In this document: piece by piece, positions 19,708 to 30,021 of the stretch | Layout of the letters: each line of letters starts with the position of its first letter | Numbering within the stretch: the first letter of the stretch is position 1 | DNA from: Nitrospinaceae bacterium UBA7883 | GTDB taxonomy: Bacteria; Nitrospinota_A; UBA7883 | Direction of reading: 5' to 3' | DNA: 64,000 bases | Assembly (NCBI GenBank): GCA_002500605.1 | Contig: DLRR01000012.1 | Location: forward strand, 137,265-201,264 | Notes under the pieces: generated by a model | What the model was told of the DNA's origin: nothing | The model's input: the letters and a program-made list of their open reading frames with translations, nothing else | Database searches by the model: none | Translations under genes and position numbers: made by a program

Positions 19708-20787
19708 TCACACGGATTCTCTCAGTGCCCATAGGAAGCGATCATTGTCAGCAGGTTTTCCAATTGTCACTCGAAAAAAGTCACCTAATTTAGGCATGTT
19801 CTTAAACCACCGTACTCTGATACCATTATCCAACAACCCTTTATAGGTGCCACTAATATCAGATTTAATTTTCATTAATATAAAATTGGCCGATGATGGT
19901 ACTGGGTCCACTTTTTCCACAGTCTTCAAAATTTTGTATGCCCTATCGCGTTCATTTATGACCAAAGTTACCTGACTCATTATCTCATCCCAGCTTTTAA
20001 TGGCTTCAATTGCCACAGACTGGGTAACTGAGTTTATGTTATATGGTAACCGCACCTTGTTAATATGTTCCACTAAATTGATATCGCCAAGCATATAACC
20101 AAGGCGTATAGCAGCTAGACCAACTTTGGAAAGTGTTTTAAGTACAATAATATTTGGCAAAGATCTATAAATCTTATCAACGCTAAAGGGAGCGTAATCA
20201 ACATACGCTTCATCAATCACAACAATACCATTACAATTATTTGCAATGTGTTCAATCTGTTCAATAGAGTATTGCTTCCCTGTGGGGTTGTTTGGTGAAG
20301 CTATGAACACTACTTTCGGGTTTGATTTAGAAATGTTGTCCAGAAAAGAATCCATATTCAAAGTCCAATCCTCCTGGAGAGGGACCTCTACACAATCAGC
20401 TGAAAGAATCTTTGCTATGGAACTATACATAACGAAAGTTGGTGTAGGCATAAGCACGCTGTCGCCAGGGTTGCAGAAAGTTGAAATTATGGTTTGTATA
20501 ATTTCATCAGAGCCATTTCCAAACAAAATTTCGTTTGGTTCTGCTGCTTCTTTATTTGCCACAACTTCTCGCAAGGCGGTTCCATTTATATCTGGGTAGC
20601 GGTTAAGCTCGGTGCTGGCTATTATCTCGTAAAGTCGCTCCCCGAACTTTTCTGACAAGGAATAAGGAGACTCATTTGCATCTAATACAACTGGACATGG
20701 CACCTGTTCTACATGATAAGCTACAGTCTCTCTGATGTTAGGTCTAACAATGGATTGCACATCTTTGTAATCATTTTTCTTGTTCAT
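19708..20787 (-). CDS. hisC: Histidinol-phosphate aminotransferase
   Basis: 359 aa class-II aminotransferase with PLP-Lys region [16 protein letters not shown], positioned downstream of hisD. Confidence 0.8.
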   Translation of the reverse strand: MNKKNDYKDVQSIVRPNIRETVAYHVEQVPCPVVLDANESPYSLSEKFGERLYEIIASTELNRYPDINGTALREVVANKEAAEPNEILFGNGSDEIIQTIISTFCNPGDSVLMPTPTFVMYSSIAKILSADCVEVPLQEDWTLNMDSFLDNISKSNPKVVFIASPNNPTGKQYSIEQIEHIANNCNGIVVIDEAYVDYAPFSVDKIYRSLPNIIVLKTLSKVGLAAIRLGYMLGDINLVEHINKVRLPYNINSVTQSVAIEAIKSWDEIMSQVTLVINERDRAYKILKTVEKVDPVPSSANFILMKIKSDISGTYKGLLDNGIRVRWFKNMPKLGDFFRVTIGKPADNDRFLWALRESV

Positions 20788-20804
20788 TGTATTCGTAGTA
20801 TAGC

Positions 20805-22100
20805 CTACAACTTGGACTTGTTGAGTCTAATGCTCACCGCCTTAGCATGAGCAGTCAGCCCTTCTTCAGCCGCAACGGTAATTGCCGGTTTGGACAGTCT
20901 TTCTAATCCTTCGCGGTTGCATTTAATAAGGCTAGTGCGTTTCATAAAATCGTAAACTCCTAATGGTGAAGAAAATCTCGCCGAGCCACCTGTCGGGAGT
21001 ACATGGTTTGGCCCAGCACAGTAGTCACCTATGGCCTCTGGTGTCCATTGCCCAACGAACACCGCTCCAGCATTTCTAATTCGCTTTACATGTCTATCAG
21101 CGTTTAGTATTGATAGTTCAAAATGCTCTGGTGCAAACCTATTCGAGACATCGAATGCTTCTTTAAGATTATTTACTACAAAGCAGAAGCAATTTTTTTT
21201 CAGGCATTTCCTGATAATTTCTTTTCTGGGCAGCACCTTAATTTGGGCCTTAAGCTCTTTAGCAACCTCCATAGCCAGTGCTTCATTCGTTGTTACCAGT
21301 ATTGGATAAGCGTTTTCATCATGCTCGGCCTGAGAAAGAAGATCTGCAGCTATAAAGGCTGGGTTAGCAGTTCTATCGGCAAGTATGAGTATTTCACTAG
21401 GACCAGCTATCATATCTATATCTACAAAACCAAATACTTGGCGCTTAGCCTCAGCTACAAACACATTTCCAGGACCTACGATTTTGTCCACAGGGTTAAT
21501 CGACTTGGTTCCAAAAGCCAAGGCCGCGATAGCTTGTGCCCCCCCCATCCTATATATCTCGTCTACACCAGCAATTTTTGCGGCAGCTAAGGTGTGCGGA
21601 TTACATAGGCCTTTCGGTGCTGGAGTTACCATTACAATCCGCTTCACACCAGCGATTTTTGCTGGGATTGCATTCATCAGTACAGAGCTAGGGTAGGAGG
21701 CCTTGCCACCAGGTACATATAGGCCTGCAGACAAAAGTGGCCTAATAATCTGGCCTAAAGTTGTACCTTTGTCGTAATAAGACCATGATGATTCTTTCTG
21801 TTTCCTATGGAAAGCACGGATTCTTTCAGCAGACTTTTCTAAAGCCAATATAACTTTGCGATCCGAGTCTTTGAAACTTTTATTTAGCTCAAGCTTCGCA
21901 ACTCTAATGGATTGAAAACTATCGTCTATTCCATCATACTTTTTGTTATAAGCTGAGATGGCCTTGTCTCCTCTTTTTCTAACATTTAATATTATCTTGG
22001 CGACTATTTCTGATACGTCCACAGGACCGCATTTCATCCTCCCATCGAGTCGTTTCATAATCTTTTCAAGCTCAGCTCCTTTTGCCCTTACTATCTTCAT
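20805..22100 (-). CDS. hisD: Histidinol dehydrogenase
   Basis: 431 aa. The conserved HisD region LLSQAEHDENA and Zn-binding His are present. Confidence 0.9.
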   Translation of the reverse strand: MKIVRAKGAELEKIMKRLDGRMKCGPVDVSEIVAKIILNVRKRGDKAISAYNKKYDGIDDSFQSIRVAKLELNKSFKDSDRKVILALEKSAERIRAFHRKQKESSWSYYDKGTTLGQIIRPLLSAGLYVPGGKASYPSSVLMNAIPAKIAGVKRIVMVTPAPKGLCNPHTLAAAKIAGVDEIYRMGGAQAIAALAFGTKSINPVDKIVGPGNVFVAEAKRQVFGFVDIDMIAGPSEILILADRTANPAFIAADLLSQAEHDENAYPILVTTNEALAMEVAKELKAQIKVLPRKEIIRKCLKKNCFCFVVNNLKEAFDVSNRFAPEHFELSILNADRHVKRIRNAGAVFVGQWTPEAIGDYCAGPNHVLPTGGSARFSSPLGVYDFMKRTSLIKCNREGLERLSKPAITVAAEEGLTAHAKAVSIRLNKSKL

Positions 22101-24256
22101 CGCGCTTTCTCCACTTCAAGCCTGATTGTCAATCCTATGGGTTTACTTGGATTAAAGTTAATATCAAATAGTAGCGCTATGCAAGATCCTTGATAGGTAC
22201 GCTCTATGCCAAATTCTGATTGGGAAACCGTCTCTACCGGAAACCGCCAAGATGCAAAAGCCTTGTCTGCTCTAACCTTTACAATCATTCCGCTCCAATC
22301 GTCCCTCATCCCGACCATATCAACTTCTTTATCTTCAATTACTTCTTTGAGCCTCGGCCTACCTTTTACATTTCCTCCAATCCAGTACCTGTCAACAGCG
22401 TCTACTGCTAGCATGGTAAGGTTGAACTCGACAGCCAATCGATAAGATATGACTGTATTGCTTCTGTTCGTAATTTCATAGTTTGCCATTATGGAGCTAT
22501 CACCACCAATCAAAGAAAAAGTTTTTTTCATCGTTAATGGCAGTGGCACATTACCCATGTAAATATGCCCGTCTCTAGTCATTTCTGCTTCAACAGTAGC
22601 AACTCCAGATTTTTCATCTCTGTTTTTCTTTGTCTTTGTTAATATGAATTGATTTGAGATAAAGTCTCCATAGTCTCTGAAGGTCTGTTCATTGTAGTCT
22701 TTTATGTTCGTATTATGTGAAATGAATCTGTCTTGAAAGCAGTGTCTCTCCTTCTGATCATATATGATGAGGTCATCGCAATTACCATCTATTAACTTAA
22801 CGGCATCATGAATTGACACTGGTTGGTCTGCACTATTGCTATTATTATCTTTTCCAAGTTCAAAATGGTAAGCCTCTTTACGGCGCGAAAGTGTGTTCGT
22901 TAATGAAAACAAGTTTGGCCTGTAGTCGAAAATATTCATTGCTCCACCTTTTGATGGAGCAATCAGGGCAAAGGTTTTTTTATTTTCCAGTAAAACATCC
23001 TCTGACCCATCAGCATTGAAGTCAAGTTGAGAAATGTTAACCCAATCATCGCCATCGTAAATAACATCGTTAATTAGATTCTCTGTTTTAATGATATTGC
23101 TATATAATGCGTGTCTTAGATAATTCAGGTACAGACCCCCAAACATTCCGTGCCAATACGCGCAGTTACATTGCCCCTTATATAGTCCGTCTATAGCTTC
23201 ACTAAGCAAACTGTCTTTCAACTTTGTCTTAGTTCTTTTTAGCTTGCCTGAAACAAAAATCATTTTCTTGTGCATCCGGTTAGATTCTTCATATTTGGCT
23301 AAAAAATTATGCCAAATTCCACCATGTAAGAAAGGCTCCAACAAATCACGTTTGTTGATATCCTCCAATTCACTCAAAGCACTTTGAAAAGTTATAGAAG
23401 CCTCGGGGTTTAGGCTCCATTTCGACATTTCCTTATACGATGCAACTGGAAAATATAGTCTGCCTTTGGAGGGGAATTGGTCTAAAAATTCACAAAAGTG
23501 TGGCATTTTAATGCGATCGGAGTTTTCTTCTAAGGCGGTGTAAAAATTTTCCAGCCATCCTTTTTTAAATACCCATTCGCCAGTTTCAGGCCACATGCCA
23601 AACTTCTCCCCGTCGTCTCCGTATGTAACCCCAAGACATGATTCAAGGTTTGTGCTGGACAGCAAGTAATTAATAACTTCATCTGGCATGTGAAAAGGAA
23701 TGGAATATCGCAACTCTTTGTTGATAGGAAACACAGCCAATTTATGGCCATGTGTTTCCGTCATATAATAGCCATCAATAGCATCACCACTTAGACCTGC
23801 GTAATAGAAATGTGTATCATCAAGCAGGGTATAGCGCAAACCTGCTTGTGCTATTATTTTTGGCAAGCCTAGATCCCAGACACGTTCGGCTAGCCAGACA
23901 CCTTGCGGTTTATACCCAAATCTTTTCTTGATGTAATCGTTCATCATCACCACTTGGCCAATTGCATCTTCTTCTGGAATAACTGAAAGAATAGGCTCGT
24001 AAAACCCTCCAGAGAGAACTTCGATTTGTCCACTGTCTACCATAGGTGATATTAGGTTAAAATATTCTGGCTTGTTAACCTCTATCCATTCAAACAACGG
24101 GCCGCTATGGTGAATAGCCATTCGAACCGCTGGATGTCTTTTTAAAACCTCAATCTGAGGTAAATAACACTCATTAAAGGCCTTTTCGAACACACTATCA
24201 AAATTTCCTACAGGTTGATGGTTGTGTATAGCAAAAAGAAAATTTATTGGGCTCAT
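22097..24256 (-). CDS. Glycoside hydrolase family 57 protein (alpha-amylase / 4-alpha-glucanotransferase-like) with extra C-terminal domain
   Basis: 719 aa. The N-terminus FAIHNHQPVGNF is the hallmark GH57 start; the stop overlaps the hisD start (ATGA). Confidence 0.75.
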   Translation of the reverse strand: MSPINFLFAIHNHQPVGNFDSVFEKAFNECYLPQIEVLKRHPAVRMAIHHSGPLFEWIEVNKPEYFNLISPMVDSGQIEVLSGGFYEPILSVIPEEDAIGQVVMMNDYIKKRFGYKPQGVWLAERVWDLGLPKIIAQAGLRYTLLDDTHFYYAGLSGDAIDGYYMTETHGHKLAVFPINKELRYSIPFHMPDEVINYLLSSTNLESCLGVTYGDDGEKFGMWPETGEWVFKKGWLENFYTALEENSDRIKMPHFCEFLDQFPSKGRLYFPVASYKEMSKWSLNPEASITFQSALSELEDINKRDLLEPFLHGGIWHNFLAKYEESNRMHKKMIFVSGKLKRTKTKLKDSLLSEAIDGLYKGQCNCAYWHGMFGGLYLNYLRHALYSNIIKTENLINDVIYDGDDWVNISQLDFNADGSEDVLLENKKTFALIAPSKGGAMNIFDYRPNLFSLTNTLSRRKEAYHFELGKDNNSNSADQPVSIHDAVKLIDGNCDDLIIYDQKERHCFQDRFISHNTNIKDYNEQTFRDYGDFISNQFILTKTKKNRDEKSGVATVEAEMTRDGHIYMGNVPLPLTMKKTFSLIGGDSSIMANYEITNRSNTVISYRLAVEFNLTMLAVDAVDRYWIGGNVKGRPRLKEVIEDKEVDMVGMRDDWSGMIVKVRADKAFASWRFPVETVSQSEFGIERTYQGSCIALLFDINFNPSKPIGLTIRLEVEKAR

Positions 24257-24405
24257 AATTTGTCGTTTAGTTGACGTGTTTATTAACTTGCAGCAACCTG
24301 GTTTTCTCTTTGATATTCGAATGTGTTGCTACGTAACAATGAATTAAGAAAATATAACAATCTAACGTTGTCTATCTTTTTTGGATATAACGCCTTGTTC
24401 CTACG

Positions 24406-24966
24406 CTAATCTACATCTTCACGGACGTTGACATTTTTAAATGAATCAAGGGATGGGTCTACATTTCTTAGCTCCACTTCACTGATATGTGACTTATCTA
24501 GTTTTTCACGGAATTCGTTGAACTGGATATCAACTCGGTCAATTCTATCTTTAAACCTGTTTATTGCTGACCTACGATAGATTGCAAGCATCCCCTGCTC
24601 AAGTCCATTGCATATAGGCACGATTGCGTCACCTGGAAGATGGGCCTTGCTAATAATAAATGCAACAACTTCTTCGTTAATTAACGGCATATCACATGCG
24701 GCAAGCATTAATTGATCAGCGCCTGTTTTCATAAACGCAGTATAAAGACCAGATAATGGACCCATGCCTTGTATAAGGTCTGGATAAACTTCAACCCCTA
24801 GGCTTTTGTAGCGATCAGGATGATTGGCTACAATAACAGTACGTTCAGATATAGGAACCACAACCGATAGGACCCTCTCAACCATATGCAAACCCCGGTA
24901 CTTTACAAATGACTTGTCCGTACCCATTCTTTTGCTCTCACCACCAGCCATGACAGCTATTATCAT
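24406..24966 (-). CDS. mobA: Molybdenum cofactor guanylyltransferase
   Basis: 186 aa. N-terminus IIAVMAGGESKRMGTDKSF is the typical MobA nucleotide-binding loop. Confidence 0.75.
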   Translation of the reverse strand: MIIAVMAGGESKRMGTDKSFVKYRGLHMVERVLSVVVPISERTVIVANHPDRYKSLGVEVYPDLIQGMGPLSGLYTAFMKTGADQLMLAACDMPLINEEVVAFIISKAHLPGDAIVPICNGLEQGMLAIYRRSAINRFKDRIDRVDIQFNEFREKLDKSHISEVELRNVDPSLDSFKNVNVREDVD

Positions 24967-24984
24967 TGTACTATTTTTAACATT

Positions 24985-25401
24985 TCAAGGATGATCCTCT
25001 ACCCAGTACTTGCCAGTGGTAGAGAATTCCTTCTTCCAAATAGGTATATTTTTTTTTAGTGTATTGATCATCCATTCACATGCCCTGAAAGCCACTCTCC
25101 TGTGCATACTTATTGCTATTATAAGGACAATGTTTTCGTTTACTGTGATTACTCCAGTACGGTGGATTATTAAACAGTCGAGAATATCAAACTTTTCCAT
25201 AGCTTTTGTTTCGAGCATCTCTAGTTGTTTTTCAGCCATACCTGGATAATGTTCAAAATCCAATTTCTCTATATCCTCGCCACGCGAAAAGTCCCGCACA
25301 ACACCAAGAAAAGATACCGCTGCACCGGTGCGTTGATTTTTTGAAGTCAGGGCACATATTTCCTTACCCACATCGAAATTTTCTCTTTGTAACCTTGGCA
25401 T
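24985..25401 (-). CDS. moaE: Molybdopterin synthase catalytic subunit
   Basis: 138 aa MoaE-like, immediately downstream of moaD. Confidence 0.8.
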   Translation of the reverse strand: MPRLQRENFDVGKEICALTSKNQRTGAAVSFLGVVRDFSRGEDIEKLDFEHYPGMAEKQLEMLETKAMEKFDILDCLIIHRTGVITVNENIVLIIAISMHRRVAFRACEWMINTLKKNIPIWKKEFSTTGKYWVEDHP

Positions 25402-25404
25402 CTT

Positions 25405-25653
25405 CTATCCTCCGGAAAGAGGTGGGAGGACTGCCACCTCGTCCCCATCTTTTAGTAAATAGTCACTCTTGACATGATTGTGGTTAACAGCGTAAAGCAA
25501 AGTATCGTTTATTAGAACTTCTCTCTTCACCTCATATTCATCGGCTATTCTCCCCATAAGAACACCTACAGTTTCACTGCCGCTTATATATGCTTCAATT
25601 TCAGACTTGCCGACCTTTTCTTTTATTGAGGCAAAAAACCTTACTCTAACCAT
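25405..25653 (-). CDS. moaD: Molybdopterin synthase sulfur-carrier subunit (ThiS/MoaD fold)
   Basis: 82 aa ending in the diagnostic C-terminal Gly-Gly (PPLSGG). Confidence 0.75.
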   Translation of the reverse strand: MVRVRFFASIKEKVGKSEIEAYISGSETVGVLMGRIADEYEVKREVLINDTLLYAVNHNHVKSDYLLKDGDEVAVLPPLSGG

Positions 25654-25711
25654 ATACCTAAGTATTAGAATGTAAAAAGAATTAATAATATTATACCTAA
25701 AGCTGGGAGTA

Positions 25712-26248
25712 TTGTTTCATATGTCATATCACTTACCCATCATTGCTTTTACTGGGAAATCTGGAAGCGGCAAAACAACACTAATAGTAAAGCTTATTTC
25801 CACATTGAGCAATTACCAGTTGAAGGTAGCCACCATAAAGCACTCACATCATAAAATAAAGTTGGATCATAAGGGAAAAGATTCGCATAGGTTTTTTGAA
25901 GCTGGGGCAAACCCCTCCATGGTCACTGGATCAAACATGTATGGGTATGTGCAACCTTGTGTTAACACTCCGAAGTTAGACGAACTTGTTAGGACAATAG
26001 ATAAAAAAGCTGATATCATAATAATAGAGGGGTTTAAAAATGAGCATGTAGACGGGATGTTCCGGTTTATCGTTACAGATCAGACTGCTGCCAAAAGAGA
26101 ATTAGTTGATGAAGCCGATGGTTTGATCGTGGCAACTATCACTGATATGGCCTGTGATAAACCTGTCTACCAACGAGACGATATTCAGGGCATTTCAAGC
26201 TGGATTTTGGATCGATTTTTCCCCCATAAAACTAAAAATTGTAATTAA
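25712..26248 (+). CDS. mobB: Molybdopterin-guanine dinucleotide biosynthesis adapter protein MobB
   Basis: 178 aa with P-loop IIAFTGKSGSGKTTLIVKLI at the N-terminus. Confidence 0.8.
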   Translation: MFHMSYHLPIIAFTGKSGSGKTTLIVKLISTLSNYQLKVATIKHSHHKIKLDHKGKDSHRFFEAGANPSMVTGSNMYGYVQPCVNTPKLDELVRTIDKKADIIIIEGFKNEHVDGMFRFIVTDQTAAKRELVDEADGLIVATITDMACDKPVYQRDDIQGISSWILDRFFPHKTKNCN

Positions 26249-26268
26249 ATGACAGAGGTCCCCTGTAA

Positions 26269-26436
26269 ATGTTTGGGATAACTGAGTGGGTTTTAGTTGC
26301 TTTAGTCCTAGTTCTCATACTAGGGGCTAGCAGGATACCAGCCATTGGAACAGGGGTTGGAAAAGCAATTCGCAACCTCATTGATGGATTAAAAGACGAG
26401 TCAAAACAAGAAAAACCCAAGAAAGATTCTAAATAA
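26269..26436 (+). CDS. tatA: Twin-arginine translocase subunit TatA/E (missed by the >=60 aa ORF track)
   Basis: Hand translation gives 55 aa: MFGITEWVLVALVLVLILGASRIPAIGTGVGKAIRNLIDGLKDESKQEKPKKDSK. This has one N-terminal TM helix, a hinge Gly and an amphipathic helix with a charged tail, matching the FG...KLPxIG...G TatA pattern. Its stop abuts the moaC GTG start. Confidence 0.7.
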   Translation: MFGITEWVLVALVLVLILGASRIPAIGTGVGKAIRNLIDGLKDESKQEKPKKDSK

Positions 26437-26913
26437 GTGAAATTAACTCATTTTGACGAAAAAGGCGCCACTCGAATGGTAGATGTGGGCAATAAAAAGA
26501 TAACTAGACGAGAGGCAACTGCTGGTGGAAGAATCACTATGGCGGCTAAGACTCTTGAGCTTATTCTAGAAAAGGGTGCAACAAAGGGCGAAGTTTTGGA
26601 AACAGCTAGACTGGCTGGAATCATGGCTGCCAAGAGAACTCATGAGCTAATACCCCTTTGCCATGCAATTACCATTGACAGCGTAACAATTAATTTCAAA
26701 CCTGACGTAGAAAATTCACTCATAGACATCACGGCAAAAGTAACAACCAACGGTAGAACAGGTGTTGAAATGGATGCATTGACCGCTGTTACCATTGCCG
26801 CGCTAACAATTTTTGATATGGTAAAAGCTGTAGATAAAGAAATGACAATAACTAAAATAAACGTAATCGAGAAAATCGGAGGTCAAAGCGGACACTATAT
26901 TCGTAAGGAATAA
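26437..26913 (+). CDS. moaC: Cyclic pyranopterin monophosphate synthase accessory protein
   Basis: 158 aa. N-terminus LTHFDEKGATRMVDVGNKKITRREA is classic MoaC. Confidence 0.9.
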   Translation: MKLTHFDEKGATRMVDVGNKKITRREATAGGRITMAAKTLELILEKGATKGEVLETARLAGIMAAKRTHELIPLCHAITIDSVTINFKPDVENSLIDITAKVTTNGRTGVEMDALTAVTIAALTIFDMVKAVDKEMTITKINVIEKIGGQSGHYIRKE

Positions 26914-27118
26914 CCCCGAAGCTAATAAGCATAGAACATTAATAAATAGGTGGTGTACCTTCTCCACTTACAAGACCAGATCATTTGTTAGCCCAATTCT
27001 ATTACAACTATTATTAATTATTAATGTTATTCCGCTCCAATCATGTGTAGCCTTTAACTCTCAACTTGCCGCTCCAGTTGATCTGACTGTATCAAAAAAT
27101 AATGGTTTTGATCCATCA

Positions 27119-27697
27119 ATGGTTAGAATGGCCTCCGTCCTAGAGTTCGTTGAATATCGTCCAAAAAATGAACAAGTACAGACCATTACCGACCCATTAA
27201 CGAAAATTCGAATTAAAGCTGGAAACGTAGCCACAGGGTCAGGATTAGCTATTGCTAACCTGTTTAAAGCCGCGCTTGAGAAACATGGCATTGTTGTTGA
27301 TCACAACAACTACTCGACAGAAGGTCTTAGCGTAAAAAATATTATCGACAAGAATAGCTACTTTTCTAAAACAGGATTTGCAGACGATGAAAATTTGGTA
27401 GCAGATATTTTAGTCATTGGTACTGTTGCACGCTACGAGGAACGAATTGGATCTAAGATTGCAGTTGATAGACCAGCTTCAGTCGGATTTTCTATCGCTG
27501 TTGTCGATGTAAAAACCCGAATAGTTATCTGGGCTGGAAAGTATGAAAAAAAACAAATTGCTTTATTTGATAACTTATTGGACTACTCCACATTTTTAAA
27601 AGGTGGAATGGTTTGGACAACTGCTAACGAACTATCAGCAATTGGCGTAGAAAAAGCAATCAGCGAAATGGGGTTTGAGAGTTTAGCAAGGAACTGA
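27119..27697 (+). CDS. Hypothetical protein; weak resemblance to LpoB/TolB-N/CsgG-like fold but no signal peptide
   Basis: 192 aa. The segments LAIANLFKAALEKHGIVVD, ADILVIGTVARYEE and FSIAVVDVKTRIVIWAG recall the LpoB/CsgG/TolB-N periplasmic regulator fold. The in-frame upstream sequence has no hydrophobic leader. Confidence 0.45.
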   Translation: MVRMASVLEFVEYRPKNEQVQTITDPLTKIRIKAGNVATGSGLAIANLFKAALEKHGIVVDHNNYSTEGLSVKNIIDKNSYFSKTGFADDENLVADILVIGTVARYEERIGSKIAVDRPASVGFSIAVVDVKTRIVIWAGKYEKKQIALFDNLLDYSTFLKGGMVWTTANELSAIGVEKAISEMGFESLARN

Positions 27698-27753
27698 TTT
27701 CTGCAAGTGTTCACTTCTTATTTTACACTAGGCAAGTTGCTCTATCTGGTTGG

Positions 27754-28245
27754 TTAAAGAACGGAATAGGTAAGCCATAATCCAAAAGTCACTAGACAAA
27801 ACAAGACTAACCTTACTGCAATCTTACCACCACTAGGTGCAGGTTTAGAAATTGGATCATCTGTTTTATTTTGAGTTTTAGCCTCATGCTCACTGGATAA
27901 ACTTCTTTCTCTATCGGTCATATCACAAAAACCATGGAAAGAGGATTTATCTTCAGTTACCAGTGCTGGCGTTCGAATATTACCATCTAGGGAGCTGTTT
28001 TTATGTAGCAATATTTTTTCAGAAGCCTCGACGTCTCCCATTACCATTCCGTAATTGAATAAATATCCAGTTTTTACGTTTGCCTTGACTTTGCCGGACA
28101 TACCTACAATTAAGGTGCTATCAGTTTCAAGTTCACCTTCAAATTCACCATCTAACCGAATTACCCCTCCGTGGCTCAGTTTGCCCTTAAGGATAGTTCC
28201 ATGACCAATATAAGAATTAAATTTATCCTTTTGCATAGACGACAC
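27754..28245 (-). CDS. Bactofilin-family cytoskeletal protein with C-terminal hydrophobic anchor
   Basis: 163 aa. Beta-helical bactofilin repeats (GHGTILKGKLSHGGVIRLDGEFEGEL...GMSGKVKANVKTG). The C-terminal 22 residues IAVRLVLFCLVTFGLWLTYSVL are hydrophobic and TM-like. Confidence 0.65.
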   Translation of the reverse strand: MSSMQKDKFNSYIGHGTILKGKLSHGGVIRLDGEFEGELETDSTLIVGMSGKVKANVKTGYLFNYGMVMGDVEASEKILLHKNSSLDGNIRTPALVTEDKSSFHGFCDMTDRERSLSSEHEAKTQNKTDDPISKPAPSGGKIAVRLVLFCLVTFGLWLTYSVL

Positions 28246-28285
28246 CTTTTAGACCGTTAAAATATACCTATAATTCATTGCCTTT

Positions 28286-29056
28286 TTAGGCCTTAGCAAG
28301 GTCCAACATAAACTCAGAACGCATGCTGTATTGTACATGCATTTCAATTAGTTTGTTAACACATTTCCTCAAATCGGACAAAACTTTTCCTCCTGCGACA
28401 AGTTTGCTTGCCTTGTCCATAGGTGTTGACAAGGCTCGCTCCATTAGCCTAACCGTACCAGGGGAAACCAAAAAAGATACTGGGTCTGATTTATTGCATG
28501 AGTTGCAAACCACTCCTCCTCGCTCTGCATTGAAACCGAGCCTACCAGTTTCCAACCCGCCCGTGCAACTCACACAGCTATGAAGGTTTGGCTTATACCC
28601 CATGCATGAAATATATTTAAGTTCAAATATTCTAAGAAGTGTTTCAAGCTTATTTCTATCAGTTTCAGCAGAAATAGCAATTAAAGCGTCAAGTAACAGC
28701 TGATAGGCTTCTCTGTTCTCATCGCATTCTTTCTGCACAGTATTAACCAACTCAACTGCCACGAACGCATGGGACAAGGCATCAAAGCTTTCTCTAATCG
28801 GTAGAAACGAGTTTACTATATCGCAGGAATTAAGTCTGAGCAGGTTCATCCTTTCTTTGCCAAATGCTATCATGTTGCAGTGTACAAAAAGTTCCAATCG
28901 ACCTAGGTATCGGCCCTTTGGTTTTATTGCTCCTTTAGCAATAGCTTTGATTTTTCCATAGCGACTAGTAAAAAAGGTCACGATTCGGTCAGCTTCATTT
29001 AATTTAAAGCTCTTAAGAATTATGGCATGTGACTCGTATATTGGCATAGGGGGCAA
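28286..29056 (-). CDS. recO: DNA repair protein RecO
   Basis: 256 aa with an N-terminal OB-fold region (IILKSFKLNEADRIVTFFT) and a C4 zinc finger (CVSC...CNSC). Confidence 0.85.
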   Translation of the reverse strand: MPPMPIYESHAIILKSFKLNEADRIVTFFTSRYGKIKAIAKGAIKPKGRYLGRLELFVHCNMIAFGKERMNLLRLNSCDIVNSFLPIRESFDALSHAFVAVELVNTVQKECDENREAYQLLLDALIAISAETDRNKLETLLRIFELKYISCMGYKPNLHSCVSCTGGLETGRLGFNAERGGVVCNSCNKSDPVSFLVSPGTVRLMERALSTPMDKASKLVAGGKVLSDLRKCVNKLIEMHVQYSMRSEFMLDLAKA

Positions 29057-29062
29057 ACTTAA

Positions 29063-29971
29063 TTATTTGGAGCCGTAACCAAATTTTTCAATCATTCGAT
29101 GATCTTGGCTCCATTTCTGCTGCACCTTTACGCGAAGCTCTAAATATATCTTGTTATTGAGCCTAAGCTCTAGGTCCTTCCTGGCTGCTTGACCAATTTT
29201 TTTCACCATTGACCCTCCTTTACCAACAACTATTCCTTTTTGTGACTGGCGTTCTACGATGATATCAGCATAAATTATTAGCATTCCATTTTTGCCTTCT
29301 TCTAGGTGGTCCACCATAACTGCTGTGGAATACGGCAGCTCTTGCTGTAACAACAAAAAAGCTTTTTCACGAATTATCTCTCCAATAACAAACTGCTCCG
29401 GCTGGTCAGTTACCATTTGATCTGGGTAGAATTTAGGTCCTTCGGGTAATAGTGTTGTAACTTCATCTAGCATCGTATGTACGTTTTCTCCAGTCTTAGC
29501 ACTGATTGGGATTATCTGTTTAAACCCGCCCAAACGTGAAAAGTGATCTATGGCTTTGAGCAGAACTGGCCTCTTTACGAGATCTATCTTGTTAATTACT
29601 AGGATCTTATTACAATCGGCCAACCTAAGTTTTCTTAATGCATAGCCATAAAAGTCAAAGTCCTGATTGCTTGCATCTGTTATAAATAAAGTGAGATCAG
29701 TGTCCAAGCATGCCCTTACAGACACCTCTGTCATAACTTTTTCTATACCAGCTTTGTAATTGGTTACCCCTGGTGTGTCAATCAATACTATCTGTCGTTC
29801 AGGTGTAGTATGAATTCCAACAATCCTGTTCCTAGTGGTTTGAGGGTGATGAGATGTTATCGCTATTTTTGATCCAACTAGCCGGTTGATTAAAGTAGAC
29901 TTCCCCACATTTGGACAGCCAGCCAATGTTACAAAACCAGATTTAGCCATTTTATTAGTTACCCATTGCAT
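29063..29971 (-). CDS. era: GTPase Era
   Basis: 302 aa with G1 GCPNVGKST, G3 DTPG and G4 NKID motifs, plus a C-terminal KH domain. Confidence 0.9.
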   Translation of the reverse strand: MQWVTNKMAKSGFVTLAGCPNVGKSTLINRLVGSKIAITSHHPQTTRNRIVGIHTTPERQIVLIDTPGVTNYKAGIEKVMTEVSVRACLDTDLTLFITDASNQDFDFYGYALRKLRLADCNKILVINKIDLVKRPVLLKAIDHFSRLGGFKQIIPISAKTGENVHTMLDEVTTLLPEGPKFYPDQMVTDQPEQFVIGEIIREKAFLLLQQELPYSTAVMVDHLEEGKNGMLIIYADIIVERQSQKGIVVGKGGSMVKKIGQAARKDLELRLNNKIYLELRVKVQQKWSQDHRMIEKFGYGSK

Positions 29972-30021
29972 GTAAGCCGAACTGATAATTACCCGAAGGT
30001 ATGAATATATATAGAATTAGC

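Noticed and set aside
25654-25711. Possible molybdenum-cofactor riboswitch in front of moaD or mobB
   Set aside because: The divergent intergenic region is only 58 bp, far too short for the ~130-nt Moco riboswitch.
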